Source of the DNA: Terriglobia bacterium
Lineage (GTDB): Bacteria > Acidobacteriota > Terriglobia > JAJPHL01 > JAPKYU01
DNA length: 64,000 nt
Assembly: GCA_965223005.1 (NCBI GenBank)
Contig: CBDCVK010000010.1
Span: 928,001 to 992,000 of the forward strand
Direction of reading: 5' to 3'
Shown here: piece after piece, positions 43,682 through 55,346 of the stretch
Numbering within the stretch: position 1 is the first letter of the stretch
Layout: each line of letters opens with the position of its first letter
Program-made: the position numbers and the translations under genes
Notes under the pieces: model-generated
What the model saw: the letters and a program-made list of their open reading frames with translations, nothing else
Databases searched by the model: none
Told to the model about the DNA's origin: nothing

Positions 43682-44446
43682 TTATTCGGGGACTCGCAGG
43701 GGTTGGTCAGACGCCAGGAAGTCACGAATGAAAGCGTGCTCACTATGGTGTATCTGCTCCATCGGACCGAAAAAAGCCACCTGGCCTTCGTGCAGAAACA
43801 CCACCCGGTCGGCCAGCTTGCGGGCCAGTTGGGTATCGTGGGTCACCACCACCGAGGTTAGCCGGAGTTGACCCTTCAGGCGCTGGATGAGGTCGGCGAT
43901 ATGGATGGACATCAGAGGATCCACCATCGTGGTAGGTTCGTCGTAAAGGATGGCTTCAGGCTTGGCGGCCAGGGCGCGGGCGATGGCCACCGCGCGCTTC
44001 ATTCCGGTGCTGAGCTCCGCAGGCATGCGCTCGCGCAGTTCGCCGATGTTCACTAGGTCCAACATGCCCTCCACGATCGTCTCAATGTCCTGCTCGGTCA
44101 GTTCGGCGCGCTCGCGCAGCGGGAAGGCCACATTCTCAGCCACGCTCAGCGAGTCGAACAGGGCCCCGGATTGGAACACCAGCGTCACCCGCTTGTGGAT
44201 CTCCAGCAGTTCCGGCTCGGTGGCCTCCGTGATGTCCTGGTGGGCCACAAACACCCGGCCCGCGTCCGGCCTCAGGAAACCCATGATGTGCGACAGGGCA
44301 ACGGATTTGCCGACGCCGCTGCGGCCCAAGATCACCAGGGTCTCGCCCGGATCGACCTGAAAGCTGACCTGCTCCAGCACGGGCTGGGTGTCGAAGGTTT
44401 TCGAGACCTGGCGGAACTCGATGTAGTGGGGTGTGCTTTCCTGCAT
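43682..44446 (-). CDS. ABC transporter ATP-binding protein, MlaF/Ttg2A type
   Basis: GRSGVGKS, FQSGALFDSL, MPAELSTGM, YDEPT, VVVTHD. Confidence 0.92.
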   Translation of the reverse strand: MQESTPHYIEFRQVSKTFDTQPVLEQVSFQVDPGETLVILGRSGVGKSVALSHIMGFLRPDAGRVFVAHQDITEATEPELLEIHKRVTLVFQSGALFDSLSVAENVAFPLRERAELTEQDIETIVEGMLDLVNIGELRERMPAELSTGMKRAVAIARALAAKPEAILYDEPTTMVDPLMSIHIADLIQRLKGQLRLTSVVVTHDTQLARKLADRVVFLHEGQVAFFGPMEQIHHSEHAFIRDFLASDQPLRVPE

Positions 44447-44738
44447 CGATTTGCTGGCCTGGCCGCTCGCTCAACTCAGGTGGTGGTGACCCTGCTTGCT
44501 TGGCCATCCCCATTCTTAATCACAATCCTCATTCTTGAACACAATCCTCGGCAATCCAAGGGGCAGGGTGGAACACAAGCTGCCTGGCTCCTACTCTTTG
44601 CGGACTGCAGCCGGCTGCAATTTTCTCAGGGGAAGTCGTCGAATCTCGCTGGAAAGGCACAGCGGCCTTTCATAAGTCATGTAAATTCAATCGGTTAGGA
44701 TTTAGCGTAGAATCCTAACGAAACCCTCACCGAACCTC

Positions 44739-44794
44739 TTGACAAGCGGATTCCACTTTTCTAGTATTAGCACTCTTGGCGCGCCGAGTGCCAA
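44739..44794 (+). promoter_or_regulatory. groESL sigma70 promoter with overlapping CIRCE-like operator
   Basis: TTGACA(44739)-N17-TAGTAT(44762); TTAGCACTC-N10-GAGTGCCAA at 44767-44794. Confidence 0.85.
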
Positions 44795-44907
44795 ACCGAC
44801 GTTCCACTTTACTCTGGTTTCCAGGGCCCTGGCCGGACCTGAGTGCGGCAGGGCTCACCGGCGTGAGAGCCAGCCAAACAAAACATGGGAGGAAAGGAGT
44901 TTCCGGT

Positions 44908-45225
44908 ATGAAGATTCGTCCGTTGCATGACCGCATTCTCATCAAGAGAGTTGCGGAGGAGGAAACGGTGCGCGGTGGCATCATCATTCCTGACTCGGCC
45001 AAGGAGAAGCCGCAGGAGGGAGAGGTGATCGCCGTCGGCAATGGCAAGATTCTGGAAAACGGCCAGCGCGTGGCGCTGGATGTGAAGGAAGGGGACCGAA
45101 TTCTGTTCGGCAAGTACGCGGGATCGGACATCAAGATCGAAGAACAGGAATACCTGATCCTGCGGGAAGACGAGGTTCTCGGCATACTGGCCGCCGCGGC
45201 AAAGCCGGCGGGCAAGCGGAAGTGA
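44908..45225 (+). CDS. groES: Co-chaperonin GroES
   Basis: [30 protein letters not shown]; AAGGAG RBS before ATG at 44908. Confidence 0.98.
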   Translation: MKIRPLHDRILIKRVAEEETVRGGIIIPDSAKEKPQEGEVIAVGNGKILENGQRVALDVKEGDRILFGKYAGSDIKIEEQEYLILREDEVLGILAAAAKPAGKRK

Positions 45226-45238
45226 AAATTTCATCTGA

Positions 45239-46882
<1,644 letters not shown>

Positions 46883-46908
46883 ACAGGACCTAGCCTCAAA
46901 TTCCTCAC

Positions 46909-46936
46909 GGGCCGCCTTCGGGCGGCCCTTTTTTTT
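46909..46936 (+). terminator. Rho-independent terminator of groESL
   Basis: GGGCCGCC-TTCG-GGCGGCCC followed by T8. Confidence 0.93.
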
Positions 46937-46994
46937 CTGGCGCGACGGAGACTTCGGAAGCTGATCGCCGTGCGGGGAGCAGTTACTTTAGCGG

Positions 46995-47996
46995 TTACTT
47001 GTTGAGGAGGGTTTCCAAGAAGTGGCGGAGGAAGCGGTCGGCGTCCACCTCGACGGCGACCTGGATGCCGTGCTGCGCCAGCTCTTCCGGGCTATCGCGC
47101 CCGGGGACGGTGGCGCCGGCGGTAAATTCGCCCTGCGTTTCTAACTCGAGCACCATGCTCTTGAGCTGGACCAGGGAACGGTCGGCCACGACGGCGACCG
47201 CTAGTGGATCGTGCAGCACGGGCATCTGCTGCCGGTCGCCTTTCTGCCAGGCGCGGAGAAGCGCGCTGAGCAGCTTCAGCACGGGGGTGTCGCGGTTGGC
47301 CAGCGCCTCCACCTGCTCGGGCTTCATGCGGCATTTCATGGTGACGTTCAGGCCGACCATAGTGATAGGCAGGCCCGATTCGAACACCACCCGGGCCGCC
47401 TCCGGGTCCATGCGCAGGTTGTACTCGGGCTGTGGCCGGTCGAGCGTGCCCCCCATCACTACAATCTGCTTCACCGACTCTTTCAGCCGGGGCTCACGCA
47501 TCAGGGCCAGGGCAATGTTGGTCAGTTGACCGTAGGCGACCAGGGTCAGCTTTCCCGGCTGTGCCAGCACCTGCCGCGCGATCCAATCGGGGGCAAATTC
47601 GGCCGCAACGGCGCCCCGCGGCGCCGGCCAGGACTGAAGCGCCTGCATTTGCGGCCTCCTGTCGGCCCCCTCCATCGGTTGGTTTCCTTTCAGCAGCCGG
47701 TTTCGCGCTCCGCGCAGCACCGGCACGTCTTGGCGGCCCAGCAGTTCCAGGAGCTTCAGCGCTATCGGTGCGCGATGGGAGCCGCCCATGACGGTGGTAA
47801 CGCCCTGTACTTCGATCAGGGGGTGTTTGACGGCGTAGACCAGGGCCAGCGCGTCATCGATGCCGCCGCCGATATCGGTATCAAGTATGACGGGAATCTT
47901 TTCCTGCGATTTTTCTTGCCCTGCCGCTGATGTGGAAAGGGCCGCGGAGAAGGCCAGGGTAGCCACCGCCACCAGCAATGCCATTGGACCGCTCAC
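46995..47996 (-). CDS. Nucleoside hydrolase (IUNH family) with signal peptide
   Basis: ILDTDIGGGIDD, LTNIALA, MGG, EYN..DPEAA, GLNVT, LHDPLAV; start probably 47996 or 47984. Confidence 0.9.
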   Translation of the reverse strand: MSGPMALLVAVATLAFSAALSTSAAGQEKSQEKIPVILDTDIGGGIDDALALVYAVKHPLIEVQGVTTVMGGSHRAPIALKLLELLGRQDVPVLRGARNRLLKGNQPMEGADRRPQMQALQSWPAPRGAVAAEFAPDWIARQVLAQPGKLTLVAYGQLTNIALALMREPRLKESVKQIVVMGGTLDRPQPEYNLRMDPEAARVVFESGLPITMVGLNVTMKCRMKPEQVEALANRDTPVLKLLSALLRAWQKGDRQQMPVLHDPLAVAVVADRSLVQLKSMVLELETQGEFTAGATVPGRDSPEELAQHGIQVAVEVDADRFLRHFLETLLNK

Positions 47997-48120
47997 GGTT
48001 TTCCCCGTCGCTTCCTTTCCACCTTCAGGTGGGTTAGCATATCGCACTTGCTCGTCAAGGGCTTGTCCGTCAAGGGAAAGAAAGAATGAGAAGCCTGAAC
48101 GGGAAAAGGATCCCGACACA

Positions 48121-48945
48121 ATGAAACTGGCCAGCTACAGGTGGAAAGACGAAACGCACTGCGGAGTTTTCTCCGACGGGCGGCTGTACCGTCTGGGGAG
48201 CCGAATCGCCGAATTCCTCCGGGGCGCGCAGCCCCCGCAGCTTCCTGACCTCGGCTCGCTGCCGTCGGCGGCGCTGGAGGAGGTGCAGCTGCTGGCGCCG
48301 GTGCCAGATCCGGAGAAGATTATCTGCATCGGCCTGAACTACCGCGAGCACGCCCGCGAGGCGGGATTGGAAGCTCCCAAGTATCCGATGTTCTTCGCTA
48401 AGTACCGCAATGCGCTGGCCGGTCCCTATGATCCGATCGTGCTGCCGCGCGTCACCAACAAGGTGGACTATGAGGCGGAGCTGGCGGTGGTGATGGGCAA
48501 GACCGGCAAGCACATCCCCGAGGAGCGTGCATTGGAGTATGTGGCCGGCTACATGGCTTTAAACGACGTCAGCGCCCGCGACTTTCAGCGCCGCACGTCC
48601 CAGTTTCTCCAGGGCAAGACCTTCGACACCTTTGCACCCTGCGGGCCGTTCCTGGTGACGGCTGACGAAGTGCTTGACCCACACGCTCTGGCAGTGCGCC
48701 TGCGCCTGAATGGCCAACTGATGCAGGATTCCAGCACGCGCGACTTCATCTTCACGATCCCGCAGTTGATCGCCTACCTCTCTGACATCTTCACCTTTGC
48801 GCCGGGCGACATCATTTCTACCGGTACCCCGCAAGGGGTGGGCTATGTGCGCAAGCCACCGGTGTATCTGAAATCGGGGGATATGGTGGAGGTGGAAGTC
48901 GAGCAAGCGGGCACCTTGCGCAACCCGGTGGTCGCCGAAGCCTGA
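48121..48945 (+). CDS. Fumarylacetoacetate hydrolase family protein
   Basis: KIICIGLNY, DYEAEL, NDVSARD, GKTFDTF, GDIISTGTP; ATG at 48121. Confidence 0.94.
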   Translation: MKLASYRWKDETHCGVFSDGRLYRLGSRIAEFLRGAQPPQLPDLGSLPSAALEEVQLLAPVPDPEKIICIGLNYREHAREAGLEAPKYPMFFAKYRNALAGPYDPIVLPRVTNKVDYEAELAVVMGKTGKHIPEERALEYVAGYMALNDVSARDFQRRTSQFLQGKTFDTFAPCGPFLVTADEVLDPHALAVRLRLNGQLMQDSSTRDFIFTIPQLIAYLSDIFTFAPGDIISTGTPQGVGYVRKPPVYLKSGDMVEVEVEQAGTLRNPVVAEA

Positions 48946-48983
48946 GGAGCCGGACAGATTCCGCATCTAAGGAAAGAAACGAG

Positions 48984-49439
48984 ATGCTGCTGACCTTCAG
49001 TCTTTGCCTCCTGCTGGGCGGGGCTGCCGGGCTGGGCGGCGGGTTACAGCCGATGTCCGGCATACAGCCGCTGAGCCTGAAGGCTCAGCCCGCACCGGGC
49101 GGGCGCTCCCGCTTTTTCCAATCGGGCTTCTTCTGGTTCGGGTCCGGCTCGTGGCGGAGCCGACGACCCCAGCTCACGCCCGGCGTGTCCCCTCCCCTTC
49201 CGCTGCCGCCGGCGCACCTGCCGCTAGCGAATCTGCCGCCCAGACAGCTGCCACCGGAAACCCTGCTGGCGTTCAGAAATGGAAGCATTCTCGCGGTCCG
49301 CAGCTACCGCATCGAAGGGCGTTCCATCCACTACACGACGAACTATGGCGCGCAAAACCAGGCCGCGCTGGATGCCCTGGACCTGGAGCCTTCGCGCCGG
49401 CTGAATGAAGACCGCCAGGTGCCCTTCGACGTGCCTTGA
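48984..49439 (+). CDS. Exported hypothetical protein
   Basis: Signal peptide, Pro-rich linker, C-terminal LLAFRNG..Y..EG..IHY..LDL..LN domain. Confidence 0.7.
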   Translation: MLLTFSLCLLLGGAAGLGGGLQPMSGIQPLSLKAQPAPGGRSRFFQSGFFWFGSGSWRSRRPQLTPGVSPPLPLPPAHLPLANLPPRQLPPETLLAFRNGSILAVRSYRIEGRSIHYTTNYGAQNQAALDALDLEPSRRLNEDRQVPFDVP

Positions 49440-49478
49440 GCACTTTGGAAAGCCAGCTCTGCCGTCAGCACAACGCAC

Positions 49479-49503
49479 AGAGCCGCGATTTTCAGGGAGT
49501 GGT
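49479..49503 (+). repeat. REP-like AGAGCCGCG repeat between convergent genes
   Basis: AGAGCCGCGATTTTCAGGGAGTGGT resembles GAGCCGCGACCCTCAGGAGGCGGT at 33055. Confidence 0.5.
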
Positions 49504-49530
49504 CGCTGCGTGAGCGTTTCAGGCGCTTAC

Positions 49531-49812
49531 TTAAGGCTCGCAGCGCACGCTGGTGGGAGGCGTCTGGGAGCAGCGGATGCTGTCTGTCATCCCGGAGGCC
49601 AGGAACGCGCAGGCGTTGTCAGTAGCGGTCCGCTGCGCCTCTTCGCGTGTGGCCCCGGCCGCGCTGCGGCACTTGGTCTGCCTGTCGAACTCGATGCAAA
49701 CCTCGCAGGTGTACTGGCTCAAACCCATGCTGGCGTAGAGGATTAGCAGCAGGACGGCAACGCCAAAAGCGGCCGCCGCCACCTTCGCCCGGGTTCGCGC
49801 GTTCCCCGCCAT
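49531..49812 (-). CDS. Small membrane-anchored Cys-rich hypothetical protein
   Basis: TM helix followed by CEVC..C..C..C..C (six Cys). Confidence 0.8.
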   Translation of the reverse strand: MAGNARTRAKVAAAAFGVAVLLLILYASMGLSQYTCEVCIEFDRQTKCRSAAGATREEAQRTATDNACAFLASGMTDSIRCSQTPPTSVRCEP

Positions 49813-49823
49813 TGTTTCACCTT

Positions 49824-49870
49824 AGCAGAAGAACAGGCCAACGGGAGCAGAAGAACAGGCCAACGGGAGC
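49824..49870 (+). repeat. 22-bp perfect tandem duplication
   Basis: AGCAGAAGAACAGGCCAACGGG x2. Confidence 0.9.
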
Positions 49871-49944
49871 TGATGCCCGCTCGCGCTGGCCGAAACCGCC
49901 GCGGAGCAAGGGGCACGACCCTAGCGATGAGCGGAGGCGAGTGC

Positions 49945-50508
49945 TCAGACCGGTGATTCCATGTCGCTGAGGCGGTAAAGGCTGAGGGTACTGGAGCCTT
50001 GCTCGAGGACGCGAAAGCAGGCCAGGCCGGCGTAGCACGGCTCGAGCGACCAGCGACGGGCGTGCTCGGCAATCACCACGGCACCGGGACGAAGCAACGG
50101 GCTGCGGCCCAGGTACCTCAAGACACGATGGTACTCCGGCAGGGCCGCATAGGGGGGATCGAGGAATACGAAGTCAGCCGGATGCGTGGCGCCCTTGAGC
50201 GCCCGCAACACGTCCCGCTCCATTACGGCTGAGCGTTGCTTTAGTCCCAAGGCAGCAATATTGAGGCGCAGCACGCGTGCCGCCTCCCGGCGGCCCTCCA
50301 GGAACACGGCAAAGGCCGCTCCGCGGCTCAGTGCTTCCAGGCCGACCGCCCCGCTGCCGGCAAAGCAGTCGTACCAGACCGAGCCCACGACGTTGGTCCC
50401 GAGCACATTAAAAAGAGTCCCGCGGAGCTTGTCGCTGGTGGGCCGGGTTGCCTGCCCGGCAATGGTTTTCAGCCGACGGCTGCGAAATTCTCCGGCAATA
50501 ATCCGCAT
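49945..50508 (-). CDS. rsmD: 16S rRNA m2G966 methyltransferase
   Basis: MRIIAG..RPT, FAGSGAVGLEALSRGA, FLDPPY, IAEH. Confidence 0.95.
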   Translation of the reverse strand: MRIIAGEFRSRRLKTIAGQATRPTSDKLRGTLFNVLGTNVVGSVWYDCFAGSGAVGLEALSRGAAFAVFLEGRREAARVLRLNIAALGLKQRSAVMERDVLRALKGATHPADFVFLDPPYAALPEYHRVLRYLGRSPLLRPGAVVIAEHARRWSLEPCYAGLACFRVLEQGSSTLSLYRLSDMESPV

Positions 50509-50556
50509 GGGCGGACTCTAAGGTCTCCCCCAATACCTCGGGTCTTCAGTTTCCGG

Positions 50557-50592
50557 CCCCGATTGCTCAGCCCACCCCGATTGCTCAGCCCA
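50557..50592 (+). repeat. 18-bp perfect tandem duplication spanning the recG stop codon
   Basis: CCCCGATTGCTCAGCCCA x2. Confidence 0.9.
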
Positions 50593-52699
50593 CTTGGATG
50601 AGGCCATAGCGGCGCCACCAGTGCTCTCGGACGTAGTTTACCAGGGCCACAGCTTGCTCGCGCGAGGGTGGTTGCTCGATGAATTGCACAGCGTGGCGGC
50701 GAGCCAGTTCCAGGATTTCGCGGTCGCGCAGCAGATCGGCAACACGGAAGGCCGGCAGGCCCGACTGGCGTGTGCCGACAAACTCGCCCGGACCGCGGAG
50801 CGCCAAATCGGTCTCGGCAATCTCAAAGCCATCCTGCGTGCGTACCAGCACCCCGATGCGCTCCCGGGCCTCCTCGGTCAGCGGTCCGGAGCTCAGCAGG
50901 ATGCAGTAGGACTTTTCCCGGCCGCGGCCCACTCGCCCGCGCAACTGATGCAGTTGCGCCAGACCGAAGCGCTCGGCGTGCTCGATCACCATTACGGTGG
51001 CGTTGGGCACGTCCACGCCGACCTCCACCACGGTGGTGCAGACCAGCACCTGGATTCGGCCGGCCTTGAAGCCGGTCATCGCGCGTTCCTTCTCCTCGGC
51101 CGAGAGGCGACCGTGCAGCAGGCCCAGCCGCAACTCCGGGAAGACTTGGCGGGACAAGCGGTCGTACATTTCCAGCGCGCTCTTGAGGTCGGTTTTCTCC
51201 GACTCCTCCACTAGTGGGTAGACGATGTAAGCCTGACGCCCGGCGGCTGCCTCCTTTCGGACGAACTCGTAGACCTCGGCGGCGCGGCTGTCCCGAGCGT
51301 GCCGGGTCACGATCGCCCGCCGCCCTGGCGGCAGCTCGTCAATCACGGAAACGTCCAGTTCGCCGTAGAGCGTCAGAGCCAGAGTGCGCGGAATCGGGGT
51401 GGCGGTCATCACCAGCGTGTCGGGCCAGGACCCTTTCTGCATCAGGCGCAGCCGCTGCAACACTCCGAAGCGGTGCTGCTCGTCCACAATCACCAGGCCC
51501 AGAGCCGCAAACTCCACGTCCTGCTCCAGCAGGGCGTGGGTTCCGACGACGATGTGGATCAGCTTCTCGCGGATCAGGTGCTTCAGTTTGGCCTTTTCTC
51601 CCGGAGTGGCGGCGCTGGTCAGCAGCGCCACCTGGTAGCCGGCAGCGCGCAGCAGGCTGCGGAAGTAGAGGTAGTGCTGGGCTGCCAGGATTTCGGTGGG
51701 CGCCATCACCGCTACCTGGTAGCCGTTTTCGATGGCGACCACGGCGGCTTGCAGCCCCACGATGGTCTTGCCGCTGCCGACATCCCCCTGCAGCATCCGG
51801 TTCATCGGCTGGGGCGCAGCCATGTCGGCTGCGATCTCCTTTAACACGCGCTTCTGTGCCGCGGTCGGGTGGAAGGGCAGCACTGCCTTGATCTTTTCGC
51901 GGACGGTGTCGTTCAACTGGAACTGTACGCCGGACGCCTGGCGCGCCTTCCGCCGCTTGAGCGCCATGCCGGTTTCCAGGAAGAAAAATTCCTCGAAGAT
52001 CAGGCGGAACTGCCAGGGGGAGCGGAAGCGCGCCAGCGCCACCAGGTCGGCATCAGGGTCGGGGAAGTGCGCCTTGGCCAGTGCCTCCCAGCGGCGGGGA
52101 AGGCCCAGCGGCTCGCGTACCGCCGCCGGCAGCGGATCCTCCACCGTGCCCAGCTGGTCCATCACAGTGTAGATCAGGCGACGAAAGAAGCGGGAATTCA
52201 ACCGTCCGCTGCCAGCGGTTTCGTAGATGGGGACGATGCGTCCTACCTCCAGAGAGGGACCGGCCGGCTCGCCCTCGCCGTCGCCGGCCACCACCTCGTA
52301 CTGCGGGTGCATCATCTGGAGTTGGCGGCCGTGGCGGTCTGCCTCTACGCGACCGTGCACGGCCAGCACCTGGCCGGCCGTGATAATTTTCTTCAAATAG
52401 TCGGAGTTGAACCAGCGGCAGCGGAGGCGGTGGGACCCTTCTGCCAGCACCGCTTCAAAAATGCTCTGGCGGCGGCGTCGGGGCTCATAGGCGCGCGCCC
52501 CGCGCACCGCAGCCACCACAGTTGCCGTTTCGCCCGGTTGGACCTGATGGAGGGCCCGCGGATGGGTGCGATCTTCGTACCGCCGTGGAATGTAATACAG
52601 CAAGTCCTCGACGGTGACAATTCTCTTGGTTTCCAGGATGCGGGCCCGCTCCGGCCCCACCCCTTTGATGTATTTCAACTCGGTGGCCAGCGTCAGCAT
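50585..52699 (-). CDS. recG: ATP-dependent DNA helicase RecG
   Basis: IKGVGP, PRRYED, QGDVGSGKT, DEQHRFGV, MTATPIPRTL, QLHQLRGRVGRG, DGFEIAE.DL; ATG at 52699. Confidence 0.97.
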   Translation of the reverse strand: MLTLATELKYIKGVGPERARILETKRIVTVEDLLYYIPRRYEDRTHPRALHQVQPGETATVVAAVRGARAYEPRRRRQSIFEAVLAEGSHRLRCRWFNSDYLKKIITAGQVLAVHGRVEADRHGRQLQMMHPQYEVVAGDGEGEPAGPSLEVGRIVPIYETAGSGRLNSRFFRRLIYTVMDQLGTVEDPLPAAVREPLGLPRRWEALAKAHFPDPDADLVALARFRSPWQFRLIFEEFFFLETGMALKRRKARQASGVQFQLNDTVREKIKAVLPFHPTAAQKRVLKEIAADMAAPQPMNRMLQGDVGSGKTIVGLQAAVVAIENGYQVAVMAPTEILAAQHYLYFRSLLRAAGYQVALLTSAATPGEKAKLKHLIREKLIHIVVGTHALLEQDVEFAALGLVIVDEQHRFGVLQRLRLMQKGSWPDTLVMTATPIPRTLALTLYGELDVSVIDELPPGRRAIVTRHARDSRAAEVYEFVRKEAAAGRQAYIVYPLVEESEKTDLKSALEMYDRLSRQVFPELRLGLLHGRLSAEEKERAMTGFKAGRIQVLVCTTVVEVGVDVPNATVMVIEHAERFGLAQLHQLRGRVGRGREKSYCILLSSGPLTEEARERIGVLVRTQDGFEIAETDLALRGPGEFVGTRQSGLPAFRVADLLRDREILELARRHAVQFIEQPPSREQAVALVNYVREHWWRRYGLIQVG

Positions 52700-52842
52700 G
52701 AGCTGTCCGGCGCAATGCAACCGTCCACGGCCGCCATCGAGAAACAACAGCCGGTTCCTATAGTACACTTTGTTGGGAATTGAACCGGGACCGAATCCAT
52801 GGCTTATCCGACAGTTCCTACCCTCGCTGAACGCGTGCTCCG

Positions 52843-54123
52843 GTGACCCTCCCTTCAGGCAAGGTCGGTGGCTTGGCTGTCAGTTGGCGGGATCGCTACC
52901 CTCTCTACGCCGCCGCGGCTTCCTTCTACCTGCTGGCGTTGGCGAACGTGGCCGTGCTGTTCTCGATTTTCCTCAGCCAAACCCTGCTGGGGCTGGGCTT
53001 GATCGCCCTGGTGCTGGGACGCCAGAAACTCCAAGCCCCGCCAGCGATGCTCCCGCTGGGGCTGTTCGTTCTTTGGACGCTCGCCTCGCTGGCTCTTTCC
53101 CCGCAGCCGGTATTGGGCCTCCCTCAGATAAAGAAGTTTTACATCTTCCTGGTCCTGGTGGGGGCCTACAGCGCATTTCGCAATGTGGTGCAGGTCCACC
53201 GCGTCTTCCGGGCGCTGTTTGTCGCGGCTTCGGCGGCGGCCGTGCTGGCCATCGCCGAGTTCGGTCTTTACTACCAGAGCCTGCACTCAAATCGCGATTT
53301 TTACATATATTATGCGCAGTCCCGCATCACCGGCTTCATGAGTCACTGGCAGACCTTCAGCGGCGAGCAGATGCTGGTGCTGGCGGTGCTGCTGGCGTTC
53401 CTGCTGGCCTCCAGCGTGCGGCCGTGGTGGACTTGGGCAGCCGCGACCCTCATCAGCCTGTCGCTTCTGCTGGCGTTCACCCGCGGCGTCTGGCTGGGCT
53501 GCCTAGCGGCGCTGGTCTACCTGCTGTGGGACCTGCGCCGGCGCTGGTTGCCAGCGATCCCGGTGGCGCTGGTGTTGCTCTACCTGGTTTCGCCGCCCCT
53601 GGTCCAGTTGCGGGTGCGTTCATTGTTCAGCACGCAGTCGGAAGACCCCATCCGTGCGCGCGTTCTAATGACCCACACAGGCCTGAATATGATCCGGCAG
53701 CATCCGCTGTTTGGCATCGGTCCCAACCGGGTGCAGTACTGTTTCGATGAGTATCGGCCACCTCCCCTCGGCCCGAAGCCAGAAGCCTATTACGGGCACC
53801 TCCACAGCAATTACCTGCAGATCGCCGCCGAGCGCGGGTTACCGTGCCTGGCCTTTTTCCTTTGGCTGCTGCTGGCAGCTCTCCGCGACCAGCGACAGCT
53901 CGCCCCGCGTCTGGCCCCCCAATACCGCTACATCGCGCACGGGATCGGGGCCGCCGTGGTGGCGGTGCTGGTGGCGGGCGCCTTCGAGTACAACTTTGGC
54001 GATTCGGAAGTAGCTATGCTGCTGCTGTTTTACCTGAGCCATGGGTACACGGTGCGTCGCGGGTTGGAACAGGCCAGCGAGCCGCCACAGCCGGCTGAAG
54101 TGGCTGCGTTGCGGGATGGCTAG
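52843..54123 (+). CDS. O-antigen ligase (Wzy_C) family membrane protein
   Basis: Multiple TM helices; TRGVWL, HPLFGIG, HLHSNYLQIAAERG. Confidence 0.9.
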   Translation: MTLPSGKVGGLAVSWRDRYPLYAAAASFYLLALANVAVLFSIFLSQTLLGLGLIALVLGRQKLQAPPAMLPLGLFVLWTLASLALSPQPVLGLPQIKKFYIFLVLVGAYSAFRNVVQVHRVFRALFVAASAAAVLAIAEFGLYYQSLHSNRDFYIYYAQSRITGFMSHWQTFSGEQMLVLAVLLAFLLASSVRPWWTWAAATLISLSLLLAFTRGVWLGCLAALVYLLWDLRRRWLPAIPVALVLLYLVSPPLVQLRVRSLFSTQSEDPIRARVLMTHTGLNMIRQHPLFGIGPNRVQYCFDEYRPPPLGPKPEAYYGHLHSNYLQIAAERGLPCLAFFLWLLLAALRDQRQLAPRLAPQYRYIAHGIGAAVVAVLVAGAFEYNFGDSEVAMLLLFYLSHGYTVRRGLEQASEPPQPAEVAALRDG

Positions 54124-54261
54124 TGACGGAGTCCCGAGGGCATAGACAACGGACTTGAAGAAAACAGCATGGCGGTGCGTTCGGTGCTGCCTGTTCAACA
54201 CCACCGTTCAACGCCGCCGCAGCGCAACCGCGGCGCGAGAGGTTAGGAAGGTAGGTTCCAG

Positions 54262-55116
54262 ATGGCGTCCCGTTTTCTCGACGAAAAGCAGGTGGTGCGC
54301 TACCGTCAATTCCACTTCGATTTTCCTGAGCGCACTCTGGCCGGCAAGGTCGTGCTGGTCGCCGGCGGCTCGGGCGGGCTCGGCAGCGCTACCGCTGCGA
54401 TGCTGGTGAAGGAAGGGGCCACGGTCGTGCTCGGCTACCGCACTAACCGTGCGCGCTCCGAGGCGCTGGCCACAGCGCTGGCAACCTACGGCAGCGGGTG
54501 CGTACACCTGGTGGAGGGCGACCTAAGGGAAGCCTCTGCCCGCCAGCGCTATCTGGCGGCTGCCGACCAGGGGGAGCTCTACGGCCTGGTCAGTTTTGTA
54601 GGAGATCCCGCACGGCTGCCCCCTGGTGCGCCCGCCGGCGAACAAGGGCAGGAAGCTTTGCAGCAATCTCTGGAAGCCTCGTGGGGCCTGAATTTTCTCG
54701 CCCCGATCTTGCTGGCCCGCTTGGCGGGCGAACGGATGCTGTCGGCCGGCACGCCAGGCAGCATCGTGCTGTTTTCTACCATGCAAGCGGTAGGTGTCTT
54801 CGAGGGCAGTGTCTCTTACGCGGCTCCCAAGTCCGCGCTGATTCACGCAGCCAAGATCCTGGGTAAGGAATGGGGCGGGGAGGCCAACATCCGGGTGAAC
54901 GTCGTGGCGCCCGGCGCTACGATCGCTGGTATGGCGGAGGGCAGCATCCGCAGCGGCAAATACGATGTTTACGTGGAGAGAGGAATCGTCCCGCGGTTTG
55001 GCCGTCCCGAGGACATTGCCCGTGCCGTCCGGTTCCTGCTGGAGCCGGACAACTACGTCACCGGGCAGGTGCTGACGGTGGACGGCGGCCTTACGTTGCG
55101 CCGCGACCTCCGATGA
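54262..55116 (+). CDS. SDR family oxidoreductase
   Basis: AGGSGGLG, YAAPK, IRVNVVAPG, TGQVLTVDGG. Confidence 0.92.
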   Translation: MASRFLDEKQVVRYRQFHFDFPERTLAGKVVLVAGGSGGLGSATAAMLVKEGATVVLGYRTNRARSEALATALATYGSGCVHLVEGDLREASARQRYLAAADQGELYGLVSFVGDPARLPPGAPAGEQGQEALQQSLEASWGLNFLAPILLARLAGERMLSAGTPGSIVLFSTMQAVGVFEGSVSYAAPKSALIHAAKILGKEWGGEANIRVNVVAPGATIAGMAEGSIRSGKYDVYVERGIVPRFGRPEDIARAVRFLLEPDNYVTGQVLTVDGGLTLRRDLR

Positions 55117-55346
55117 ATGCTCAGCTCGGCCATCGGCTCCTTTTGCACCACAGTTCCGAACTGTGAGCGTGAGCCGTTGTCAGGCTATGGCGCTTCCTAC
55201 GCGGTGGAGGCTTTTCCGGGCGAATGACAAGAAGTGGGGATGACACGAAGAGCGAGGAAACGCGCTAACATCGCACAGCCTTGCTCTCCGCGCACCCTCT
55301 GATTCCATTTCGGGGCGGTTCAGAGAAATACCGGCCACCGACTGAG

